A stretch of 60,968 nt of DNA from contig DVNX01000036.1 in NCBI GenBank assembly GCA_018714045.1, positions 1-60,968 of the forward strand, read 5' to 3'. The stretch comes from Candidatus Ornithoclostridium faecavium (lineage in GTDB: Bacteria; Bacillota; Clostridia; Christensenellales; UBA3700). The translations under genes were made by a program, and so were the position numbers. Positions 29,045 to 37,782 of this stretch are shown one piece after another (within the stretch, counting starts at the first letter, position 1; each line of letters opens with the position of its first letter). Under the pieces are notes generated by a model, which was not told the DNA's origin, made no database searches, and was given only the letters and a program-made list of their open reading frames with translations.

Positions 29045-30586
29045 ATGGAAGACAAAGATATGATGAATATAGATAAGTCCATGTTCGAGTTCGCCCAGAA
29101 GGACGAAAAACTCCACGATACAAAGCTGGACGCAAAGAGAGTAGGTTATTTCAAAGACGCCTTTATGAGATTCAGAAAGAATAAAGGTTCTGTCGTCGGC
29201 GGAATAATAATCATTCTTTTGCTTTTGTTCGCGATTTTCGTGCCTATTTTCGGCGGCAATTCTTATGCGAATAATATTAAAGACAATACTTATCTCTATT
29301 ATAAGAAGCTCATGCCCAAGAGCAGTCTTTTCGCAGGTCTCGGTTTCTGGGACGGTTGCAAGACTGAGGAAATGAACGTCAACTCGTATAACTACTACAA
29401 CGCTATCGGCGTTGAGACGGGTTGCAATCCGATAGTCGCAGTCAAGGATTTCGACCAAGTGGAGAGAATGTATACCGTAAAATCCGACTCTTATTATAAG
29501 AACGGCATGGTGTACATGACGCTGACTAAGGAAGAGTATCAGAATATCCAGAAATGGCAGGACGAAAACGAGATCCAGGTAATTTATCCCGCCGTCGATC
29601 TGGCAAAATATACCGTTGAATCTTTTAAGACGGACGCAAACAGATGGTACGTCGTCGATCAGCGCGGCTTCCCCGTGGTGGACGCTTCCGGCAATTACGA
29701 GGAAAACTATCTTAAGACGGGTACCGACGATTATACTTCCAAAATGAGGATAGCGAGCGACCCGTACAACAGCGGCGATACAGAGAACGCTTACAGATAC
29801 GCAAGGCTTACGGGATCGAGTACTTCGGGCGGCTATTACGTGCGCATATTTACTTATAATTATTTCATATATAAGTACGGCTTCGAGCCCGCCTTCCTTT
29901 TCGGAACCAACGACCTCGGTCAGGATCTGTTCACGAGACTTGCAGAAGGCGCGAGATTCTCATTCCTTCTCGCATTGTTCATATCGATGATAAACCTTAC
30001 CATAGGCGCTATATACGGCGCGATAGAAGGATATTACGGTGGCGCGGTCGACCTTACGATGGAAAGAATATCGGATATTCTCGCCAACGTTCCGTTCATA
30101 GTCGTCGTCACGCTGTTCAACCTGCATCTGTCAAAGCAGGTGGGAGCGCTTGGCAGCCTGTTGTTCGCATTCGTCACGACGGGGTGGATAGGTACGGCGG
30201 GAACGGTGCGTATGCAGTTCTACCGTTTCAAGAATCAGGAATACGTGCTTGCGGCGAGAACGCTGGGCGCGTCCAACGCGAGAATAATGTTCAAGCATAT
30301 ATTCCCCAATGCGCTGGGCACGATAGTTACCAGTTCGATACTGGTCATACCGTCGGTCATATTCTCTGAATCCATGCTCAGCTACCTCGGCATAATCAAT
30401 CTCGAAACGTCGGGATTTACCAGCGTGGGCACGTTGCTTTCGCAGGGACAGGGATTCCTCAGCACTTATCCGCACATTCTGTTGTTCCCGGCGATATTCG
30501 TCAGCCTTCTAATGATATCGTTCAACCTTTTCGGTAACGGACTCAGAGACGCGTTCAACCCCTCGCTCAGAGGATCGGAGGATTGA
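29045..30586 (+). CDS. ABC transporter permease (OppC/DppC-like) with an extracytoplasmic insertion of about 190-210 aa after TM1
   Basis: Conserved FLFGTNDLGQDLFTRL and AARTLGASNARIMFKHIFPN motifs. The insertion spans about 29258-29899. Confidence 0.88.
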   Translation: MEDKDMMNIDKSMFEFAQKDEKLHDTKLDAKRVGYFKDAFMRFRKNKGSVVGGIIIILLLLFAIFVPIFGGNSYANNIKDNTYLYYKKLMPKSSLFAGLGFWDGCKTEEMNVNSYNYYNAIGVETGCNPIVAVKDFDQVERMYTVKSDSYYKNGMVYMTLTKEEYQNIQKWQDENEIQVIYPAVDLAKYTVESFKTDANRWYVVDQRGFPVVDASGNYEENYLKTGTDDYTSKMRIASDPYNSGDTENAYRYARLTGSSTSGGYYVRIFTYNYFIYKYGFEPAFLFGTNDLGQDLFTRLAEGARFSFLLALFISMINLTIGAIYGAIEGYYGGAVDLTMERISDILANVPFIVVVTLFNLHLSKQVGALGSLLFAFVTTGWIGTAGTVRMQFYRFKNQEYVLAARTLGASNARIMFKHIFPNALGTIVTSSILVIPSVIFSESMLSYLGIINLETSGFTSVGTLLSQGQGFLSTYPHILLFPAIFVSLLMISFNLFGNGLRDAFNPSLRGSED

Positions 30587-30588
30587 CA

Positions 30589-32859
30589 ATGGAAGAAAAG
30601 ATGATTTTGAACGATCCTTCGGCACAAGCTAAAAAGGATAATATTCTCGAAGTTAAGAACCTCAAAGTGTCTTTCCGTACCACGAACGGTATCGTAAAGG
30701 CGGTAAGAGACATTTCCTTTAATCTTCAGAGAGGCGAGACTATCGCGATAGTCGGCGAATCGGGCAGCGGTAAATCGGTAACCAGCAAGGCGATACTGGG
30801 TATATCCGCAGGAAATGCGATCATCGAGGGCGGCGAGATCTTCTACGACGGCAAGGATCTGCTCAAGATAGAAGAAGAGGATTTCCACCAGATAAGAGGA
30901 GACAAGATATCCATGATATTCCAGGATCCTCTTTCCAGCCTCGATCCGATCGTCAAGGTCGGCAGACAGCTTACCGAAGCGATGATACTCAAAAACAAGG
31001 TCAACCGCAAGAGAAGCCGTAAAGAGTTTAACACGAGGTTGGAAATACTCAAAAAGTATCTGAATCTCGCGATGACCGAAAACGGCGGCGACGCAAAGGC
31101 GATAGAAGAGCTCAATGCCGCGCAGATAAAGGAATTCGACAATTTCAATATATGCGCTATCAAGTACGAAAACTCTTTCAACGAAGCTTACGCTAAGGCG
31201 GTAGAATGCAACGAGGACATCGCTGATATCCTGTTCAAGGCGGAAAAGAAGCAGAACCTTTCCGAAAGAGACGTTTCCTCCAAGATAATAGAAACATTGA
31301 AACAGATAAAGGACAGGTTCCTGACTTTCGACTGCGACGATAAGATAAAAGAACATATCGTCAATCTGACCGCGATAAAGAACTCTACCAGAAAAGAGAC
31401 GGTCATAAATAAAATAAAAGGCGTTTTCGGCAAAGAAAACGACGGAAGGCAGCTCAGTGAAGCTCTTGTCAACGAACTCAACGAAGTCAAGAAGACTCTG
31501 ACTGAGCTTCAGAACCGCAAGAAGCCCGATTATTTCACGCTCGGCTACTATCTGCTCAAAAATCCTCAGGTGCAGCCCGATCCGTCCGATATAGACGCTC
31601 TCGACAAGATGACGAGAGAATATATCGACGACAATTTCATGATCGAATTCCTGAAAAAGACCGCGCTCGCGCTCAGATATATCTATGCTTACAACAAAGA
31701 GCACAAAAAGACCGTGCTTGAGTATCTGCAGAAGGCGGGCGAAGTATTCGGCAAGAAAGACTGGGATAAAAAAGAGTGCAGAGAGTATATTGCAAAAGTC
31801 GCTGACGAGATACACAAGGCGGTAGATCCGCTGGCGATAAGAAAAGACAGCGTCTCCTACACTTTCAGAGTGAGCATGAATAACTCTGTAAAAAGATATT
31901 TCGAAGGCGTTGTCAAAAATCCCAAGGAAAAGGCGCGTTTCGATAAACAGAACGCAAAGAGGGAGGCTCTTATCGCAAAGGGCAGATCGGTCGACTATAA
32001 AGTAATGCCGATGATGCTCATCGACCTCGATCAGGAACGCCTGAACGTAGAAAATACTGTCAGGAGACTGCGCGAAAAATACGAAAACGATATAGCTGCC
32101 GAAGAACCCGATTTTGACGCTCTCGCAGTCGCTCTCGTCGACGATTTCAAGGAAAAGGCTTCTCAGGTCGTTTCCGTCGTTACGAAGAAAATGGCGAGAG
32201 AAAAGGCTATAAAGCTCATGGAAGAGGTCGGTATACCTGAACCGCGCGTCAGATTCTATCAGTATCCGTTTGAATTTTCCGGCGGTATGAGACAGCGTAT
32301 AGTCATCGCTATCGCGCTGGCGGCTAACCCCGATATCCTCATCTGCGACGAGCCTACGACAGCTCTCGACGTTACTATTCAGGCGCAGATACTCGAACTC
32401 ATCAATAAGCTGAAAAGGGAAAGAAACCTTTCCGTCATCTTTATCACGCACGACCTGGGCGTCGTCGCTAATATGGCGGACAGGATAGCCGTTATGTATG
32501 CGGGCAAGATAGTCGAATACGGCACCTGCGAGGACGTGTTCTACGATCCGCGTCATCCGTACACGTGGGCGCTGCTTTCTTCTATGCCCGACCTCGACAC
32601 AAAGGAAAAGCTGGAAGCTATCCCGGGTACTCCTCCCAATATGATATATCCTCCTCAGGGAGACGCGTTTGCGGCGAGAAACAAGTACGCGATGAAAATA
32701 GACTTTGAAAAACAGCCGCCTATGTTTAAAATAAGCGATACGCATTATGCCGCGACGTGGCTGTTGCATCCGGACGCGCCCAAGGTGGATCCGCCCAAGC
32801 TCGTCACCGACCGTATAAGCAGAATGAAAAGAGAGGTAGAAAACAATGGCAGAAAATAA
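30589..32859 (+). CDS. ABC transporter ATP-binding protein (OppD/DppD-like) with an insertion of about 390 aa in the helical subdomain
   Basis: Walker A GESGSGKS, Q-loop MIFQDP, then about 450 aa before the signature FSGGMRQR, Walker B ILICDEPTTALD and the C-terminal oligopeptide-type domain (YDPRHPYTWALL). The ATG at 30589 lies 6 nt after GGAGGA. Confidence 0.88.
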   Translation: MEEKMILNDPSAQAKKDNILEVKNLKVSFRTTNGIVKAVRDISFNLQRGETIAIVGESGSGKSVTSKAILGISAGNAIIEGGEIFYDGKDLLKIEEEDFHQIRGDKISMIFQDPLSSLDPIVKVGRQLTEAMILKNKVNRKRSRKEFNTRLEILKKYLNLAMTENGGDAKAIEELNAAQIKEFDNFNICAIKYENSFNEAYAKAVECNEDIADILFKAEKKQNLSERDVSSKIIETLKQIKDRFLTFDCDDKIKEHIVNLTAIKNSTRKETVINKIKGVFGKENDGRQLSEALVNELNEVKKTLTELQNRKKPDYFTLGYYLLKNPQVQPDPSDIDALDKMTREYIDDNFMIEFLKKTALALRYIYAYNKEHKKTVLEYLQKAGEVFGKKDWDKKECREYIAKVADEIHKAVDPLAIRKDSVSYTFRVSMNNSVKRYFEGVVKNPKEKARFDKQNAKREALIAKGRSVDYKVMPMMLIDLDQERLNVENTVRRLREKYENDIAAEEPDFDALAVALVDDFKEKASQVVSVVTKKMAREKAIKLMEEVGIPEPRVRFYQYPFEFSGGMRQRIVIAIALAANPDILICDEPTTALDVTIQAQILELINKLKRERNLSVIFITHDLGVVANMADRIAVMYAGKIVEYGTCEDVFYDPRHPYTWALLSSMPDLDTKEKLEAIPGTPPNMIYPPQGDAFAARNKYAMKIDFEKQPPMFKISDTHYAATWLLHPDAPKVDPPKLVTDRISRMKREVENNGRK

Positions 32860-34231
32860 AGAAGTATTGCTCAAAGTAGACCACCTCGAACAGTATTTCA
32901 AGATGGGCAAAGGTCATCTGAAAGCGGTCGACGACGTAAGTTTCGAAATATACAAAGGCGAAGTTTTCGGGCTCGTCGGCGAATCGGGTTGCGGAAAGAC
33001 GACTACGGGACGCTCTATAATCCGTCTTTACGACATAACGGGCGGATCGGTCTATTTCCAGGGACAGCGCATCTGTGCGGGAACGCGCGCTTACAAGCAG
33101 GCGATCAAAGACGCGAGAGCGAAATACAAAGAGGCTTGCAGAAGAGCTGACGCGGCGATGGAAGAGGAGATAAAAAACGCTTCCGCGAAGTCGGATCTCA
33201 TAACGCAGAAATACGCGGCTGAAAAGGAAGAAGCGGCAAGAGAATACCGCGCCGTACTCGCTGAACAAAAACGCAATATCGCAAGCGCGGAATACGATCA
33301 CAAAAACTGCAACAAGGTTTTCGGTAAAGCGCAGATGAAAAAGGTGGAGGAGAAATACGCGCCTCTTCTCGAAAAAGCGTCTCCGAGCGAAAAACAAGAA
33401 TTGCTGAAAGAATATAAGCACGAACTCAGGCTTGCGAAAAAAGACCGCATAATGAACAAGATGCAGATGATCTTCCAGGATCCTATCGCTTCGCTCAATC
33501 CGCGTATGACGGTAAGGGAGATCATTGCCGAAGGTCTGATAATAAGAGGTATAAAGGATAAGAAATATATCGAGGAGCAGGTCTTCAGAGTCCTCGACCT
33601 CGTAGGTCTCGTGCCCGAACACGCAGACAGATACCCGCATGAATTTTCGGGAGGTCAGAGACAGCGTATAGGCATAGCGCGCGCGGTAATACTTCACCCC
33701 GATCTGATCATTGCAGACGAACCGATATCCGCTCTCGACGTTTCGATACAGGCGCAGGTCATCAACCTTCTGAACGAACTCAGAGATAAACTCGGTCTTA
33801 CGATCATGTTCATCGCGCACGACCTTTCCGTCGTCAAGTATTTCTCTGACAGGATCGCGGTCATGTATTTCGGAAAAATAGTTGAACTCGCGACCAGCGA
33901 CGAGCTTTTCGCTCATCCGATGCATCCGTACACGAGATCTCTTCTGTCTGCGATACCGCTTCCCGATCCTCATTTCGAGAAGAACAGAAAGAGGATAACG
34001 TACAATCCTCTCGCAGATCACGATTATTCTACCGAAAAGCCGACGATGCAAGAGGTTCTTCCCGGACATTTCGTATATTGCAGCGACAGCGAGTGCGAAA
34101 GATACCGCGCTGAATTCGGTGAAAAAGAAAAAGCCGTAGAAGTTACCGCTGCTGACGATGCGGTTAATGAAGAGAAGGCAGAGAAAAAGCCCCGCGCAAA
34201 GAAGAAGACGGGCGCTAAAAAGAAGGATTAA
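32846..34231 (+). CDS. ABC transporter ATP-binding protein (OppF/DppF-like) with an insertion of about 120 aa before the Q-loop and a Lys-rich C-terminal tail
   Basis: Walker A GESGCGKTT, Q-loop MIFQDP at aa 208, signature FSGGQRQR, Walker B LIIADEPISALD, tail EKKPRAKKKTGAKKKD. Confidence 0.88.
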   Translation: MAENKEVLLKVDHLEQYFKMGKGHLKAVDDVSFEIYKGEVFGLVGESGCGKTTTGRSIIRLYDITGGSVYFQGQRICAGTRAYKQAIKDARAKYKEACRRADAAMEEEIKNASAKSDLITQKYAAEKEEAAREYRAVLAEQKRNIASAEYDHKNCNKVFGKAQMKKVEEKYAPLLEKASPSEKQELLKEYKHELRLAKKDRIMNKMQMIFQDPIASLNPRMTVREIIAEGLIIRGIKDKKYIEEQVFRVLDLVGLVPEHADRYPHEFSGGQRQRIGIARAVILHPDLIIADEPISALDVSIQAQVINLLNELRDKLGLTIMFIAHDLSVVKYFSDRIAVMYFGKIVELATSDELFAHPMHPYTRSLLSAIPLPDPHFEKNRKRITYNPLADHDYSTEKPTMQEVLPGHFVYCSDSECERYRAEFGEKEKAVEVTAADDAVNEEKAEKKPRAKKKTGAKKKD

Positions 34232-34297
34232 AACAAAGTTCAGCAAAACGACCTGCAAGGTCTTTCGCGGCGCGGAAGACCTTGCGTCAAGGAGAGA

Positions 34298-34699
34298 ATG
34301 AAAACCGTTTACAAATATCTCATCACCGTTGCAGTAGGACTCGTGATAACGTTTATCGCGTTGCTTGCAAGGGATATATTCAATCTTACAGCCACGGTCG
34401 ATTTCATGAAAGCGTTCTGTGACGCGTTTTTCGTTTCGGGCGTTGTGCTGGTCTGCGTCGGAGGACTTGTTTTCGTGTCCAACGGCGGAGTGTTCGATAT
34501 GCTGGCATACGGCATCAGGACCTTTTTCGAGTCTTTCAAGAAAAATGTAACAGACAGAAAGTACAGGACGTATTACGATTATAAGGAATCTAAAAAAGAC
34601 AGAAAGACGAGTTTTAGTTTTCTTGTGATCGTCGGCGTCGTTTTCATAGCCGTTTCCATGATTTTTCTGGTTTTTTACTATAAATATCTTCCGGCTTGA
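34298..34699 (+). CDS. DUF3899-like small membrane protein
   Basis: 3-4 TM. The GGVFDMLAYGIRTFF segment is characteristic of this family as I recall it. Confidence 0.6.
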   Translation: MKTVYKYLITVAVGLVITFIALLARDIFNLTATVDFMKAFCDAFFVSGVVLVCVGGLVFVSNGGVFDMLAYGIRTFFESFKKNVTDRKYRTYYDYKESKKDRKTSFSFLVIVGVVFIAVSMIFLVFYYKYLPA

Positions 34700-34748
34700 G
34701 CCGGCATAGCGCCTGAAACGGCGCTCTTTAATACGTTGAGGAGGAGAC

Positions 34749-36086
34749 ATGTTTAATTTCAGAAAAGGTTTTTATGCGGACATCCGCATTGAAGACAGAT
34801 TCACTACCGACATAAATTATAAGAATGGCGTTGCGGAAGAATGTCGTGAATTGCAGGAAAAGAAAGCGTTCCTCAGAGTGTTCGACGGCAAAATGTGGTA
34901 CTACGCGTCGACGGACAACGTAAACGATCTTCAAAGGGAACTGGACGACCTTTACGATTACGCCTGCGAGGACGAAAACGTTTACGATAACCCGGCGATT
35001 GCGATACTCGAAGTCAACAAGGACTGCGTGATGCGCTTTGAAAAAGATTGCGTAAAAGACGTGCCGCTGGCAAAAAAACGCGCGTTCGTCGAGGAGACCC
35101 TGGCGAAATTTTCTTCAGAATACAGCTCTCTGGTCGTCGGGGCATACGTCGACAGGTATTCCGTCTACGAATTTTATTCAAGCAAGGGAGCGGAGATAAA
35201 ATACGATTTCCAGACTGCGGGAGCGGTTTTCTCGATGAGTTTCGCAAGCGGAGAGGAGAATTTCTCGGATTCCGTTCAGAAATCGGGCGTGCGGTATGAG
35301 GATATAAAGCTGTCGGACGCTGAGATAAAGAAGTTTGTCGAAGATTGCGAGAACGTTCTGCTGAACGCGAAAAAACTCGAAACTCCGGGCGTTTATCCCG
35401 TCGTGCTAGCGCCGATAGTGACCGGCGTTTTCGCTCACGAATCCTTCGGGCATAAGAGCGAGGCGGATTTCATGCTCGGAGACGAAACTCTCGCCAGAGA
35501 ATGGCAGATGGGCAAAAAAGTCGCCAGCGAACTGCTCAGCATCGTGGACAGCGGCGCTTACGAAGGATCCGGCTACGTGCCTTACGACGACGAGGGCACG
35601 AAAAGCACATATACCTATCTGATCAGGGACGGCGTCCTCTCGGGCAGGCTTCACAGCGCGGCGACCGCGGCGTATCTGGGAGAAAAGCTTACGGGCAACG
35701 CGAGAGCGACGAACTGCGGCTTCGAGCCGATCGTCAGAATGACCACCACCGTCATCAAAGGCGGGAGCAGCACCGTCGAGGAACTGATAGGCGGCATAAA
35801 ACACGGATATTACATCAAAAACTGCAAGCACGGTTCCGGCATGAGCACGTTCACGATCGCGCCCAACGCCGCGTACGAAATAAAGGACGGCAAGATCGGA
35901 GATCCGGTCAAGATCGCGGTGCTTACCGGCAATGTGTTTGAAACGCTCGGAGACATAGACGGGGTTGCGAACGACGAAACGGTGCTCACCTTTGTCACGG
36001 GCGGTTGCGGCAAAATGGAACAATTCCCGCTCAACGTAGGTATGGGCGGTCCTCATATCAGAGTCAGAAAAATGAACGTTCAGTGA
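34749..36086 (+). CDS. tldD: TldD-family metalloprotease
   Basis: HESFGH zinc motif, C-terminal GGCGK..GGPHIRV signature, PmbA/TldD fold length. Confidence 0.85.
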   Translation: MFNFRKGFYADIRIEDRFTTDINYKNGVAEECRELQEKKAFLRVFDGKMWYYASTDNVNDLQRELDDLYDYACEDENVYDNPAIAILEVNKDCVMRFEKDCVKDVPLAKKRAFVEETLAKFSSEYSSLVVGAYVDRYSVYEFYSSKGAEIKYDFQTAGAVFSMSFASGEENFSDSVQKSGVRYEDIKLSDAEIKKFVEDCENVLLNAKKLETPGVYPVVLAPIVTGVFAHESFGHKSEADFMLGDETLAREWQMGKKVASELLSIVDSGAYEGSGYVPYDDEGTKSTYTYLIRDGVLSGRLHSAATAAYLGEKLTGNARATNCGFEPIVRMTTTVIKGGSSTVEELIGGIKHGYYIKNCKHGSGMSTFTIAPNAAYEIKDGKIGDPVKIAVLTGNVFETLGDIDGVANDETVLTFVTGGCGKMEQFPLNVGMGGPHIRVRKMNVQ

Positions 36087-36094
36087 GGTGCGGT

Positions 36095-37324
36095 ATGAAA
36101 AAACAGACGTATACGGTAAAACGGCATGAGAGCTGTATGAATTTTACGGCAGGCGCCGTGGATTCTCTCAGAATAAAGAACGGCGTAGCCACGACGGTCA
36201 GGGTATATGACCAGGGGTACATCGGCGTATCGGGCGCCTCGGGCGATTGCGACGTCGCGGAACTCGAAAATAAGGCGGTCGGAGCGCTTTCCAATAAAGT
36301 GCCTTATCCCTGCGAAAAGAGCGCGCCCGCAAAGATGTGCATTGACAAAAGAAAGGAAATAATAAAAAAGAGCGAGCTTGTCGGCAAATGCAGGGCGTTG
36401 GTCGCAGAACTTGTCGCGCAGAATCCCGATTTTATTCTCAGCGGCAAACTCGACGTGACTGACAAGGTCACGAAGTTCGAAGACAGCGACGGCGTTGAAT
36501 ATGAGAGTTGCTCAAGCTTTTTCAGCGCATATTGTGTGGCGAAACACAAGGATTCATCCAACATAATGGACGAGGTCTACGGGGTGACGGACGACAGGTT
36601 CGAGCCTGAAAAGATCGCGCATGACGTAAAAAAGCTGTTGGACGCTTTTCTTGCAAAGGCGGATCTTCCGGACGAGGAAAAACCGGTGTTTATCACAGAC
36701 GAATCCGTGGTGGAATATCTTGTCGGCGCGTTTGTGGCGGAGAGGTATTGCAGCGGCACTTCGATACTCAAAGACAAACTGGGCAAAAAGGCGTTCAGCG
36801 AAAAGTTCACACTTGTCTGCGACAGGGACCCGGATGACAATCCCGGCGTTACGTTCTTTGACGGAGAAGGGGTCGTGAATGACGGGTTCAAGGCGTATCT
36901 CGTAAAAAAAGGCGTGATTGAGAACCTGCTCACGACAAAAAAGAGCGCGGCAACTCTGAAGGTCAAAAACAGCGGAACAGCCGCGTCGCCGTATGCCGGA
37001 GTGCCTTCTCTGGGCGCAGAAGGGCTGAAAGTGGAAAAGACTGCAGAAGACGTGCTGGCGCTCATCGGGAATAAGAAGGCGGTCTACGTCACGACTGCGA
37101 GCGGAGGAGATATGACTCCCACGGGGGAGATAGGTCTGCCGGTGCAGTGCGCATATCTTTTCGAGAACGGGAAACTTGTTGGAAAACTACCCGAATTTTC
37201 CATTTCCTGCAACGTGTTCGACATGTTGGGAGACGACTATATAGGCGCGTGCGACAAATGCGTGAACGAAGCCGGCAGGAACAGATATCTTGTTTTCAGA
37301 GCGAAAGCCGTGAACAAACAATGA
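36095..37324 (+). CDS. pmbA: PmbA/TldE-family protein, the non-catalytic partner of TldD
   Basis: Same fold family, lacks HExxxH. Start at the ATG at 36095 (MKKQTY), 9 nt after the tldD stop. Confidence 0.75.
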   Translation: MKKQTYTVKRHESCMNFTAGAVDSLRIKNGVATTVRVYDQGYIGVSGASGDCDVAELENKAVGALSNKVPYPCEKSAPAKMCIDKRKEIIKKSELVGKCRALVAELVAQNPDFILSGKLDVTDKVTKFEDSDGVEYESCSSFFSAYCVAKHKDSSNIMDEVYGVTDDRFEPEKIAHDVKKLLDAFLAKADLPDEEKPVFITDESVVEYLVGAFVAERYCSGTSILKDKLGKKAFSEKFTLVCDRDPDDNPGVTFFDGEGVVNDGFKAYLVKKGVIENLLTTKKSAATLKVKNSGTAASPYAGVPSLGAEGLKVEKTAEDVLALIGNKKAVYVTTASGGDMTPTGEIGLPVQCAYLFENGKLVGKLPEFSISCNVFDMLGDDYIGACDKCVNEAGRNRYLVFRAKAVNKQ

Positions 37325-37346
37325 CTTAATTATACAGTCGAATCAT

Positions 37347-37376
37347 TCGCGCGGGTAACACCGCGCGATTTTTTTG
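37347..37376 (+). terminator. Rho-independent terminator
   Basis: TCGCGCGG-gtaaca-CCGCGCGA perfect 8-bp stem followed by T7. Confidence 0.85.
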
Positions 37377-37388
37377 TACAAATTCTTT

Positions 37389-37433
37389 TATTTTTATATG
37401 AATTATTTTTATATGAATTATTTTTATATGAAT
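37389..37433. repeat. Perfect 3 x 15-bp tandem repeat (TATTTTTATATGAAT)
   Basis: Three identical head-to-tail units read directly from the sequence. Confidence 0.95.
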
Positions 37434-37716
37434 GCGTTACCGACTCTTAAGACGGTTACGGGTATAAGGCTTAATTCTTCATGAGAAACGTTAAAGCCGT
37501 TCGTAACGCGGAAATCGGAAGAAAAATCAGCGCTACAAATATGCACTAAAAATCAAAAATATGTACAAAACGGATTTGCGGACAAGTGTCAAAATCTATT
37601 GTGAAACGTCGAAATAATCGATTTTGTCCTATTTTAAACGCTATTTTTTACAATTTATTACTTAATTCGTATATCTTAAACGATGGATAAAATATGAAAA
37701 AATTTTCGGAAAAATA

Positions 37717-37745
37717 TTGACACGCCCTCTTTGCGATAGTAAAAT
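37717..37745 (+). promoter_or_regulatory. Sigma-A-like promoter for the iol operon
   Basis: TTGACA, 17-nt spacer, TAAAAT, about 38 nt upstream of the iolJ ATG. Confidence 0.55.
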
Positions 37746-37782
37746 AATATACGGACGTACGCGTCTTAATGAGAGGGAAAGT

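Noticed and set aside
30466-32910. 814-aa ORF on the minus strand, the longest in this part of the track
   Set aside because: It lies exactly antisense to and codon-aligned with the OppD-like gene, which has intact Walker A, Q-loop, signature and Walker B motifs. Its product is Arg/Val/Phe-rich low complexity with no recognisable domain and no SD. It is explained by avoidance of TTA, CTA and TCA in the sense gene.
32804-34750. 648-aa minus-strand ORF
   Set aside because: It is a codon-aligned antisense shadow of the OppF-like gene and the DUF3899 gene, with no domain and no ribosome-binding site.
37398-37484. 28-codon mini-ORF (MNYFYMNYFYMNALPTLKTVTGIRLNSS) spanning the 15-bp tandem repeat
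   Set aside because: It has no ribosome-binding site and lies in an extremely AT-rich context. The in-frame property follows trivially from a 15-bp unit. It is kept only as a remark under the repeat finding.
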